This document shows, piece after piece, positions 18,663 through 28,100 of a stretch of 64,000 nucleotides of DNA. The notes under the pieces are model-generated. The model was given only the letters and a program-made list of their open reading frames with translations. It did no database searches and was not told the origin of the DNA. Location: the IMG/VR virus record IMGVR_UViG_3300042507_004106; one strand, written 5' to 3'. The position numbers and the translations under genes were made by a program. This stretch comes from a virus (taxonomy: Duplodnaviria > Caudoviricetes). How positions within the stretch are numbered: position 1 is the first letter of the stretch; every line of letters begins with the position of its first letter.

Positions 18663-19471
18663 GCTTGATAAACTCCACCATTTTCACCACTCATTCCTTT
18701 GACCATTGTGATACCAAGATTTGGAATACTAATAATATTTTTTTTATTAATAAATCTGTATAATGAATGTTCAACATCAGTTCCGGCAGTATATTGAATC
18801 ATTTTTTCCATATAAACAAATGCTTTCTCAAGTGCCTCAACTGCCTCATTAAATAACATTCTATCAAAAGACCACATTCCAGTAATCATCATACCCTTTG
18901 CACCATAGAGGTAGGCATAAACATTTTCAAGTTCTTTCTCATCAAAACTTTCTGATTCTTGAGGAAGATATTCATATCTTTTAACTACATACTTACCTTC
19001 AAGAAATTTACTTTGATAGTCTTGAATATCAAAATCATCATTAAGTAAATATCTTCCAGTCAATTTAAAAACTCTTTGACTATCACCGAATAAATTATGA
19101 TTTCTTATTGTATAAAGAGTGTTCAGTAATCCTCTGGTTTCTAGTAATGATTTACCATAAGTAATCAGTTCTGGTCTTTTTTCAAGATTCTCATAAAGTT
19201 GTTTGATCACTGGTTCATCATAAAAATCTAAAAATAAATCTGCCTTTTCTTTAAGAGTTTCTTTTTGCTTTTCATTGATAGATTTACAAGAAGATTCAAA
19301 TACAACAACATAAGACTCAGTAACTTTTTTACGAATACATTCAATCGTCTCTAGTGTCTGATTAAATCTTTGCTCTTCATCATAAGCACTAAACTTATCT
19401 TCTTGAAAATGCTTGAGTGCTGATCCAACTAAAAATAAAAATTTCATAGTAACCCTCTCTTCCATGCCCAT
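18659..19471 (-). CDS. Hypothetical protein, probably glycosyltransferase-like
   Basis: VFKLTGRYLL motif; located in the glycan island. Confidence 0.5.
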   Translation of the reverse strand: MGMEERVTMKFLFLVGSALKHFQEDKFSAYDEEQRFNQTLETIECIRKKVTESYVVVFESSCKSINEKQKETLKEKADLFLDFYDEPVIKQLYENLEKRPELITYGKSLLETRGLLNTLYTIRNHNLFGDSQRVFKLTGRYLLNDDFDIQDYQSKFLEGKYVVKRYEYLPQESESFDEKELENVYAYLYGAKGMMITGMWSFDRMLFNEAVEALEKAFVYMEKMIQYTAGTDVEHSLYRFINKKNIISIPNLGITMVKGMSGENGGVYQA

Positions 19472-20232
19472 AGTTGCTCTTCAATTTGATTTTCTTCTTT
19501 ATAAGAACCCTTCTCAATCTTATCCGTCCACATTTCTAATAGTCTAACTTTATCATCATCACTTACACAGAACTCGTGGTTAAACCAATAGTTCATTTTA
19601 CCATCTGCTGGAATCAACTTATGAAAACTTTCAACCTTCAAACCATACTTAGCAATATTGCGACTGACTAAGTAATCATCAAGAATGTGATGTGGTTCAT
19701 ACCCAAAGTTCTTTTCTAAATCCATTGGATTGATTTGGTCAACAAACTGCTCTGGATTATCGTGTGGTTTCCAGGCATGTCTTGTCCAATCACTAAAGAT
19801 ACAAACCCAAGTTGTAGCAGCAATGTTTCTACCATCTCGTCTTACATAGTTATTATGTTTGAAACGAAATGGATAATAATCGTGACGATTGAAGATTACA
19901 TATTCTTTTGGAAAAATCTCTGTTAAGTCTGGGCAGTTTGGATGAACCAAAGCATCGGCATCCAGAAAGATTGTCCAGTCATAATTTTCAGAAATCTCAT
20001 ACAACTGAAACTTCTCCATATTGCAGGTAAGATGTGGAAACTTTCTTTCATTAATGATAATAAAATCAGCACCAATCTTTTCAGCATACTTCCTCATATA
20101 AGGATATGTAAACTTAGTGATTTCTTGGTTATAATTAATGTCCAATGTAACGAGTGCTTTCTTCATAATCTGTGTTAAAACTAATAATAATCCTTTCTTC
20201 AGTTTCTTCTTCTGTATAATGAACCAAATCAC
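19444..20232 (-). CDS. GT8/GT-A-like glycosyltransferase
   Basis: EKFQLY...IFLDADALV DXD motif. Confidence 0.65.
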   Translation of the reverse strand: MIWFIIQKKKLKKGLLLVLTQIMKKALVTLDINYNQEITKFTYPYMRKYAEKIGADFIIINERKFPHLTCNMEKFQLYEISENYDWTIFLDADALVHPNCPDLTEIFPKEYVIFNRHDYYPFRFKHNNYVRRDGRNIAATTWVCIFSDWTRHAWKPHDNPEQFVDQINPMDLEKNFGYEPHHILDDYLVSRNIAKYGLKVESFHKLIPADGKMNYWFNHEFCVSDDDKVRLLEMWTDKIEKGSYKEENQIEEQLWAWKRGLL

Positions 20233-20617
20233 TTGAAAAAATAACTAAAAGACCAGGATAAGGATTGATTGAATCGTCTGGAAATATCAATGGAGTTTTT
20301 CCAGAAATATAAAATGCTCCACTTACAATACTTTCTCCATGGTTATGTGCTTTGAGTTTATTTCCTGGTTGTGAAATATTAAACCAACTGTTGATAAATT
20401 TGAGTCTTGGAATATTATACTTACTGCAGTATATTCTAACATATTGTTTGAGAATATTCCTCAATCCAGTGAGTTCTGGATACATTAAAACAGGCATTCC
20501 GTGATTATAAGTAGAAACACCTTTGCTTACAAGTCCATGAGGACTGGTTTCTATTTCAATAAGTTTGTTCTTGATAATATTTAGATTGAGAAAGGAAAGG
20601 TTATATTCCTCTATCAT
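20135..20617 (-). CDS. 2OG-Fe(II) oxygenase-like protein
   Basis: SWFNI...AHNH...SGAFY...LVIFSSDLVH...ERIIISFN. Confidence 0.75.
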   Translation of the reverse strand: MIEEYNLSFLNLNIIKNKLIEIETSPHGLVSKGVSTYNHGMPVLMYPELTGLRNILKQYVRIYCSKYNIPRLKFINSWFNISQPGNKLKAHNHGESIVSGAFYISGKTPLIFPDDSINPYPGLLVIFSSDLVHYTEEETEERIIISFNTDYEESTRYIGH

Positions 20618-21941
20618 TTAAAAACTCTCCCAATTGCTTCAAAGGTTCATCCCAAGTTCTTGGTTTCTTTTGACGGAAGAGATGAACATTATCTCCATAC
20701 CACCAGGTTTTCCCTGTCGAACTTGTCCAAACATAGTATTCCATAATCGGTACAAACACACAGACTTCTTTACCTTGTGCTGCTGCTACATGAGCAATTG
20801 AAGTGCAAGAAGTAATCACCAAATCCATTTGAGACACAAGTGAAAATGTATCAGTAAAATTGCGATTTGGAATATCAAAAGTCTTTACATCATAACCTTC
20901 TGGTGGAGTTTCATCTGGTAGTTGAAGTGAGTATAAAGATGCTGAAGTTTGTGAAAGAACATCAAAAAGTGGTTCTGATTGAATAGAACGAAAATGTGCT
21001 TGTTCAAATCCAGAACCAGAGTTCCAGAATACTCCAATTTTATATTTTTGATCTTCCTGAAGATATGAATATTGTTTTTCTTTTTCTGGTAGTGGTTTAA
21101 GATATGGAGTTTGCCCTAAATCTTCCACCTTAAGATTGAGATAATAAGGAAGAGAAAGAGCATAAACCCATTTAGAATCTTTTGGAAACTCTGGTTTATC
21201 CCAAACACAAACAGAATTGAAACCATTATAATTGAAGAGTTCCACTAGTTCTTTTCTGGTAGAAGTCCAGATTGGACTCATTCCAAGGTCTTTCAGATGC
21301 TTCATAAAGCGAACATGAATGACTTCATCACCTGCTCCACATTGACTATCAATCACAATTGTTTGTCCTGGAGTAACTTTTCCATCCCATTTTGGAATTG
21401 GTGGGAGTTCTCTATTCTTATATGCTTCTACTTCTCCTGCTTTAAGAAAATGTTGAAGTCCTGTATACAAATCATCTTTACGAAAATAATGTCCAGATAA
21501 GTTATGATATGTTTTTCTCTCAATCTCTTCTGGTAATTTTCTTTGAAGTAGATTGAATAAAAGTTTTTCTGATTTTTCTTTTTGATTAAGAGCAGAATAA
21601 GAAAAAGTTTCCTCTAGAAGAAGTTCAGTATCTTGAGGATTTTGAGATTTAATTTTTGAAATCTGAGTAATTGCTTTTTCTGGATAGTTGTTTTGATTAT
21701 AAGCGTTAATCAGATTTTTTGTTGTTGTATAGTTTTCTTCTTTGGTCTTTGTGAGTTTGAGTGCTTTTTCACCATAGAGTATCGCATTTGTGAAATCTTT
21801 TATCTCAAAGAATATCTTTGCGACATCATTATATTGTTGGAAGTTTTCTGCTCTTTTTCCAAAAGCAAGTAGAAGTTGTATTGTGAGTTCTTTTTCTTGG
21901 AAATTATATAAGGTCTTTGCGACCAACTCAAGTGGGTTCAT
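20601..21941 (-). CDS. TPR + GT-B (GT9-like) glycosyltransferase
   Basis: N-terminal TPRs; W.G...GAGD...RF...; DLVITSCTSIAHVAAAQG...W.WYGDNVHLFRQ. Confidence 0.72.
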   Translation of the reverse strand: MNPLELVAKTLYNFQEKELTIQLLLAFGKRAENFQQYNDVAKIFFEIKDFTNAILYGEKALKLTKTKEENYTTTKNLINAYNQNNYPEKAITQISKIKSQNPQDTELLLEETFSYSALNQKEKSEKLLFNLLQRKLPEEIERKTYHNLSGHYFRKDDLYTGLQHFLKAGEVEAYKNRELPPIPKWDGKVTPGQTIVIDSQCGAGDEVIHVRFMKHLKDLGMSPIWTSTRKELVELFNYNGFNSVCVWDKPEFPKDSKWVYALSLPYYLNLKVEDLGQTPYLKPLPEKEKQYSYLQEDQKYKIGVFWNSGSGFEQAHFRSIQSEPLFDVLSQTSASLYSLQLPDETPPEGYDVKTFDIPNRNFTDTFSLVSQMDLVITSCTSIAHVAAAQGKEVCVFVPIMEYYVWTSSTGKTWWYGDNVHLFRQKKPRTWDEPLKQLGEFLNDRGI

Positions 21942-21971
21942 TGTGTGATTATAATGTATTTGAAGTATTTA

Positions 21972-23198
21972 TTAGAATAGTGAGAAGTCTACAGATTTGA
22001 TTGCTGATGTATGAGAAAATCCAGCACTCACTTGTTTCCAATCGGTTCCTCCAGCAAATGTTGTAACTGGAGTGGATCTAGTGATTGTATCATTAGTTCC
22101 AAGTTTTCCATCACCGCCAGGACCCCAAACCCATAAGGTTCCATCAGTTTTGATTGCTGCTATGTGATAACCTCCAGAACTTACTTGTTTCCAGTTGGTT
22201 CCTCCAGCAAATGTTGTGACTGGAGTGGATACCCTGGTTGTAGCATTAGTTCCAAGTCTTCCAGAACCTCCATCACCCCAAGTCCATAAGGTTCCATCAG
22301 TTTTGATTGCTACTGTAGAAAAATCTCCACCACTTACTTGTTTCCAGTTAGTTCCTCCGGCAAAGGTGGTGACTGGAGTGGATCTAGTGATTGTATCATT
22401 AGTTCCAAGTTGTCCAAAACCTCCATTACCCCAAGCCCATAGAGTTCCATCAGTCTTGATTGCTGTCATATAGTCTCTATGACCATTCACTTGTTTCCAG
22501 TTGGTTCCTCCAGCAAATGTTGTGACTGGAGTGGATACACTGGTTGTAGCATTAGTTCCAAGTCTTCCAGAACTTCCATTACCCCAAGTCCATAAGGTTC
22601 CATCGGTCTTGATTGCTGCTGTACAATTACCTCCACAACTCACTTGTTTCCAGTTGGTTCCTCCAGCAAATGTGGTGACTGGAGTTAATTTAACAGTTGA
22701 ATCATTAGTTCCAAGTGGTCCAAAACCTCCATCACCCCAAATCCATAAAGTTCCATCGGTCTTGACTGCTGCTGTATGAGAAGATCTACTAACACTCCCT
22801 TGTTTCCAGTTGGTTCCTCCTGCAAATGTTGTGACTGGAGTACTACAACTAAATACTGTAGTGTTAATTCCAAGTTTTCCAGCACTTGTGTTAGACCCCC
22901 AAGTCCATAGAGTTCCATCAGTTTTAATTGCTGCTGTACTGTCACCTCCAGCACTCACTTGTTTCCAGTTGGTTCCTCCAGCAAATGTGTTGACTGGAGT
23001 GGGTCTATCCACTGTACCTCCACCTATTCCAAGTTTTCCAGAACCTCCATCACCCCAAATCCACAATTCAGGAGGAATACCAATCTGCTGTCCAATCCCA
23101 GGATAAACACTAATCAAATAATCTTTGGTGACTAACTTATCACCCAAGTCAGTACCATTATTATCTCTAAAGTTCGTGGTAACTCTTACGGAACTCAT
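21972..23198 (-). CDS. RCC1-like repeat protein, paralog 2
   Basis: Seven WxWG repeats; ATAAATA late motif at its 3' boundary. Confidence 0.82.
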   Translation of the reverse strand: MSSVRVTTNFRDNNGTDLGDKLVTKDYLISVYPGIGQQIGIPPELWIWGDGGSGKLGIGGGTVDRPTPVNTFAGGTNWKQVSAGGDSTAAIKTDGTLWTWGSNTSAGKLGINTTVFSCSTPVTTFAGGTNWKQGSVSRSSHTAAVKTDGTLWIWGDGGFGPLGTNDSTVKLTPVTTFAGGTNWKQVSCGGNCTAAIKTDGTLWTWGNGSSGRLGTNATTSVSTPVTTFAGGTNWKQVNGHRDYMTAIKTDGTLWAWGNGGFGQLGTNDTITRSTPVTTFAGGTNWKQVSGGDFSTVAIKTDGTLWTWGDGGSGRLGTNATTRVSTPVTTFAGGTNWKQVSSGGYHIAAIKTDGTLWVWGPGGDGKLGTNDTITRSTPVTTFAGGTDWKQVSAGFSHTSAIKSVDFSLF

Positions 23199-23199
23199 T

Positions 23200-23880
23200 T
23201 TATTCCTCTACTGATAGTTCTGGTCTTTCTATTTCTTCAGGTTGTTCACGAACCACAACATCATAAACAGCATCAATCGTTTCACAAGCATCAATCTCTT
23301 GAAGTTTTACTAACTCCCAATCAAACGCTTCTTGAACTTTTGCATCAATTTGATTCAGAACATACTGGAGATCTTCTGTAGTAATTTCTAACCAAGTATT
23401 TTTAAATTTGTAATTATGAGTGCCTGGAGATGATGAAAGTTTAGATGCTAAAAGAACTCTTTCTTCTCTTGAGGTTGCTACTTGTACTTCAGTACCATTT
23501 ATTGTTATGGTGATTATAGTATTTTCTTTTTCTCTTCTATAAGGAGCAACTTCTTGTTTACGAAATTCTTTAACTTCTTCTAAAGTCTTATCAGTAATTG
23601 GATGAGTTAATAATACTTTTACTGGAACACCATTCTCTTCAATAATTTCCCAAGTAAAGTTTCCTACATTATGATACTTTGGATCATTTTGAAGAATACT
23701 TTTTTCAACTTCAACAAGATGTGTAAGACCATCACTAAAATGAATAGGAAGTGAAGAAAAACTTTGAGGGGAAATTCTCTCTTCTACTTCGAGTTCTTCT
23801 AACTCTTGGTTAATATAACGAACATTCATTCCAAATGGTCCAAGTTCTAATGAATTGTTATGAATGAGTGCTATTTCCAT
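23200..23880 (-). CDS. DUF4376-like tail-associated protein
   Basis: LEEVK...R...E...I...V.T...VQEAFDWE...I C-terminal pattern typical of tail-fibre-adjacent proteins. Confidence 0.6.
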   Translation of the reverse strand: MEIALIHNNSLELGPFGMNVRYINQELEELEVEERISPQSFSSLPIHFSDGLTHLVEVEKSILQNDPKYHNVGNFTWEIIEENGVPVKVLLTHPITDKTLEEVKEFRKQEVAPYRREKENTIITITINGTEVQVATSREERVLLASKLSSSPGTHNYKFKNTWLEITTEDLQYVLNQIDAKVQEAFDWELVKLQEIDACETIDAVYDVVVREQPEEIERPELSVEE

Positions 23881-23897
23881 TATCGTTTTTTAAGTAT

Positions 23898-25109
23898 TTA
23901 TGAGAGGGGGTATTCAGCGTTGATTCCAGATTCAATTGCTACAGTATGAGTCTCCCCAGCATCCACTTGTTTCCAGTTAGTTCCTCCAGAAAATAAAGTG
24001 ACTGGAGTACTTATAGTACCTGTGGTTATTCCAATTCCAAGTCTTCCGTTAGTTCCAAGTCCCCAAATCCAGAAGGTTCCATCAGTCTTAATTGCTGCTG
24101 TATGAGAACCTCCAGAACTCACTTGTTTCCAATTAGTTCCTCCAGAGAATGTAGTGACTGGAGTGGATACACTGGTTGTTGATGCATTTCCAAGTCGTCC
24201 AGAAGTTCCAATACCCCAAGTCCATAAAGTTCCATCAGTTTTGATTGCTGCTGTATGTTGAGTTCCACAAGAAACTTGTTTCCAGTTGGTTCCTCCAGCG
24301 AATGTAGTGACTGGAGTACTTATAGTACCTGTTATTATTCCATTTCCAAGTCTTCCATTACCTCCAGTACCCCATATCCATAAAGTCCCATCAGTCTTAA
24401 TTGCTGCTGTATTAAGACTGGTGACACCGGGTGAGGAACAACTTACTTGTTTCCAGTTGGTTCCTCCAGCGAATGTAGTGACTGGAGTACTTATATTACC
24501 TGTGGTTATTCCATTTCCAAGTCGTCCATTACCTCCAGTACCCCAAGTCCATAAGGTTCCATCGGTTTTGATTGCTGCTGTATGACTGAATCCAGAACTC
24601 ACTTGTTTCCAGTTGGTTCCTCCAGCGAATGTAGTGACTGGAGTACTTATATTACCTGTTGTTACTGCGTTTCCAAGTCTTCCGTTAGTTCCATTACCCC
24701 AAGTCCATAAGGTTCCATCAGTCTTGATTGCTGCTGTATGAGAATCTCCAGAACTCACTTGTTTCCAGTTGGTTCCTCCAGCAAATGTGGTTACTGGTCT
24801 GGATTTAGAACCTGTTCCGCTTGCGTCTCCAAGCGCACCAGAAGTTCCAAAACCCCAAGTCCATAAGGTTCCATCAGTTTTGATTGCTGTGGTATTCTCC
24901 CCTCCAGCACTTACTTGTTTCCAGTTGGTTCCTCCAGAGAATGTAGTGACTGGAGTGGATCTATCAGTTGTTGATGAATTTCCAAGTTTTCCATCAAGTC
25001 CTCCTCCCCAAGTCCATAATTGATCACCAATATATTGATCAATTAACCAATATTCAGTTACAAAATAATTTTCTATATCTCCTTCTGGGGAAAAGAATTC
25101 ATTAGACAT
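23898..25109 (-). CDS. RCC1-like repeat protein, paralog 3
   Basis: Seven WxWG repeats; overlaps the tail fibre stop codon. Confidence 0.82.
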   Translation of the reverse strand: MSNEFFSPEGDIENYFVTEYWLIDQYIGDQLWTWGGGLDGKLGNSSTTDRSTPVTTFSGGTNWKQVSAGGENTTAIKTDGTLWTWGFGTSGALGDASGTGSKSRPVTTFAGGTNWKQVSSGDSHTAAIKTDGTLWTWGNGTNGRLGNAVTTGNISTPVTTFAGGTNWKQVSSGFSHTAAIKTDGTLWTWGTGGNGRLGNGITTGNISTPVTTFAGGTNWKQVSCSSPGVTSLNTAAIKTDGTLWIWGTGGNGRLGNGIITGTISTPVTTFAGGTNWKQVSCGTQHTAAIKTDGTLWTWGIGTSGRLGNASTTSVSTPVTTFSGGTNWKQVSSGGSHTAAIKTDGTFWIWGLGTNGRLGIGITTGTISTPVTLFSGGTNWKQVDAGETHTVAIESGINAEYPLS

Positions 25110-28100
25110 CTAACTTTCTCTCCAACTCTTCTATACGAACTTGCTGTTCCTTAATTGCTTCAATGAGTAATCCAACAATATTTCCATAAGAAACTGTCTT
25201 CAATCCTTGATCATTTGTATTTACAACTTCAGGAAGTACCTTTTCAATCTCTTGTGCGATTACACCGATTGATGGTTGACTATGATCATCTACCCACTTA
25301 TATTTAACACCTTGAATTTGTTTTACAGTCTCTATAGCATTTGTAATTGGAGTAATATCAGTTTTTTGAGTTCTATCGGATAGTGATGTAAATACCGTTG
25401 CTGATAGAGTACCAGTAGATGGATTGAATGTTAGTTTTGATGATGATACATTTACTGTAGATACAGAACCTGATGTTGCATCATCAAATAAAATATATCT
25501 GGTTGCGTTTGTTGAAGTATCATCAGAAACTGTGATACCACCAGATACGCCAGTCAATTGAGATCCATCACCAAAATATCTAAACGCAGTAACAATACCA
25601 GCAGCGAGAACTGAAGTATTTGCTGATGTGACTACTGCTGTTGGATTTGTGGTTCCTATACCAACACCACTAGAATTAATTCTCATTCTTTCGTTTGAGA
25701 TTAATGTTCCACCAGTAAAGAATGAAATATATTTTGCTACAGATGCATTAATCGCACCGATACTTAAGTTACCATCAGAAGTATATAAGTATCCATCATT
25801 CGCACCATTAATAGTCCAGGATCCTACAGAGTATCCACTATTATTAATACCAAGGTCAATAAAGTTTGAAGAATCGTTTCCATTATCTGAAGTAATAATT
25901 ATGTCTGCAGATGCATTTGTTCCCGAACTTGTGTTTCTTAAGTTAACTTGCCCATAACTGTTTGCATTTGTAGTGTAATCAGCAAGACAATTTGTAAGAC
26001 CTATTGTTGCAGGAGTTCCAGTATCAGTGACTGTGAAAATATACTGTGCGTTTGTAGTTCCAACACCAACATTAGAAAGTGTATGAATTCCAACCGTTGT
26101 TTTTGCCCAGTAACTATCACCCACAACACCTTGAACACCTTGGATTCCTTGAGTTCCTGTAGTACCTTGAACACCTTGGGTTCCTTGAGTACCTTGAATA
26201 CCTTGAGTTCCTTGAGTACCAGTGGTTCCTTGAGTTCCTGTAGTACCTTGAACACCTTGGGTTCCTGTAGTACCTTGAGTACCAGTAGTTCCTTGAGTAC
26301 CAGTGGTTCCTTGAGTTCCTGTAGTACCTTGAACACCTTGGGTTCCTTGAGTACCTTGAATACCTTGAGTTCCTTGAGTACCAGTAGTTCCTTGAATACC
26401 TTGGATACCTTGGCGACCTTGGATGCCTTGGATACCTTGGATACCTTGAGTTCCTGTAGTTCCTTGAGTACCAGTAGTTCCTTGAGTACCAGTAGTTCCT
26501 TGAGTACCAGTAGTTCCTTGAATACCTTGGATACCTTGAGTACCTGTAGTTCCTTGAGTTCCTGTAGTACCTTGAGTACCAGTAGTTCCTTGAGTACCAG
26601 TGGTTCCTTGAGTACCAGTGGTTCCTTGAATACCTTGGCGACCTTGGATGCCTTGGATACCTTGGATACCTTGAGTTCCTGTAGTTCCTTGAGTACCAGT
26701 AGTTCCTTGAGTACCAGTAGTTCCTTGAATACCTTGGATACCTTGAGTTCCTGTAGTTCCTTGAGTACCTTGAGTACCTTGAACACCTTGGATTCCCTGA
26801 GTACCCTGCGTTCCTTGAACACCTTGGGTTCCTGTAGTACCTTGGATTCCTTGGATACCTGCAGCAAAAGGAGAAGTCCAAGAAACACCAGCACCTGTAG
26901 AAATTAAAACACTACCAGCAACACCTACATTTCCATAGAAATCTCTTAAGGAGGAATCAAGTTCTACAAGTCCACCAAAAGTAGAAGCACCAGAAACTCT
27001 CACATCACCAACAACATGAAGTTTTGATGTTGGATTTGTGGTTCCAATACCAACTTTTTCAGTCGTTCCATAAGGTGCTAGTGCAATTGTTCCATCAGCA
27101 TTCACATCAATACTTGGAATACCAGAAACATCATTAACTGAGAAGATAGATCCGGAGGTTAGATTATTTGTAATGCTGAATAATTGACCTGCAGAACCTT
27201 CAAATGAAAGTGTTCCAGAATTTAAAGTATCATAAGGAATAATATCAATAATAGTACCGATTCCCACTGTTCCAGCGATGTTAACATTGTTTCCGAAAGT
27301 GGAAACACCAGAAACATTCAGTTGTGGAGTGCTTACTGTTGTATCAGTAACTTTCATTCCACCAGCAGCAAGTCTAGTTCCACTAGGAAGATCAAAAGTA
27401 CCAACACCAACAGCATAATTGGTTATCCAGGCATCAGTATTAAGTCCAGTAAAGGTGCCTGATTTAATCCACATAATTTGCTTATATGTGGATGGAATAT
27501 CATCAGTACCAACACCTGCACTGATATCTAATAATGGACTTCCTTCAGTCGATGCAACTGCAATACCACCATGATTTGCTGTAATATCGTTTGAAATAAC
27601 GACACCACCTGCAGTAGTTGCTAAACCGACAATAATATCTTTATCTCTTACAGTTAATGTTGAGGAAGCAATAAGAACACTGGTTCCACCAATTGTTACG
27701 TTACCGCCAACATAAAGATTAGTACCATCAAAAGTTAAATTACCAGATCCAGTTGGATTATTTGAACCATCCTTATAAACAACTTGATTTGCAGAACCTG
27801 CTACAGGTCCGGTTGTTCCTTGGACACCTTGAATACCTTGAGTACCAGTAGTTCCTTGAGTACCTTGAATACCTTGAGTTCCTTGAGTACCAGTGGTTCC
27901 TTGAGTACCAGTGGTTCCTTGAATACCTTGGCGACCTTGGATGCCTTGAACACCTTGGGTTCCTGTAGTTCCTTGAGTACCAGTGGTTCCTTGAGTACCA
28001 GTGGTTCCTTGAATACCTTGGCGACCTTGGATGCCTTGAACACCTTGAGTACCTTGAGTACCAGTGGTTCCCTGAGTACCCTGAATACCTTGAGTTCCTT

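Noticed and set aside
17010-25023. Plus-strand ORFs starting MVPPANVVTG
   Set aside because: Antisense shadows of the RCC1 repeats.
16445-25109. RCC1 repeats as a CRISPR array or DGR template/variable repeats
   Set aside because: The repeats are in-frame coding units of about 160 nt. I saw no cas or reverse transcriptase gene and no adenine-specific mismatch pattern in this window.
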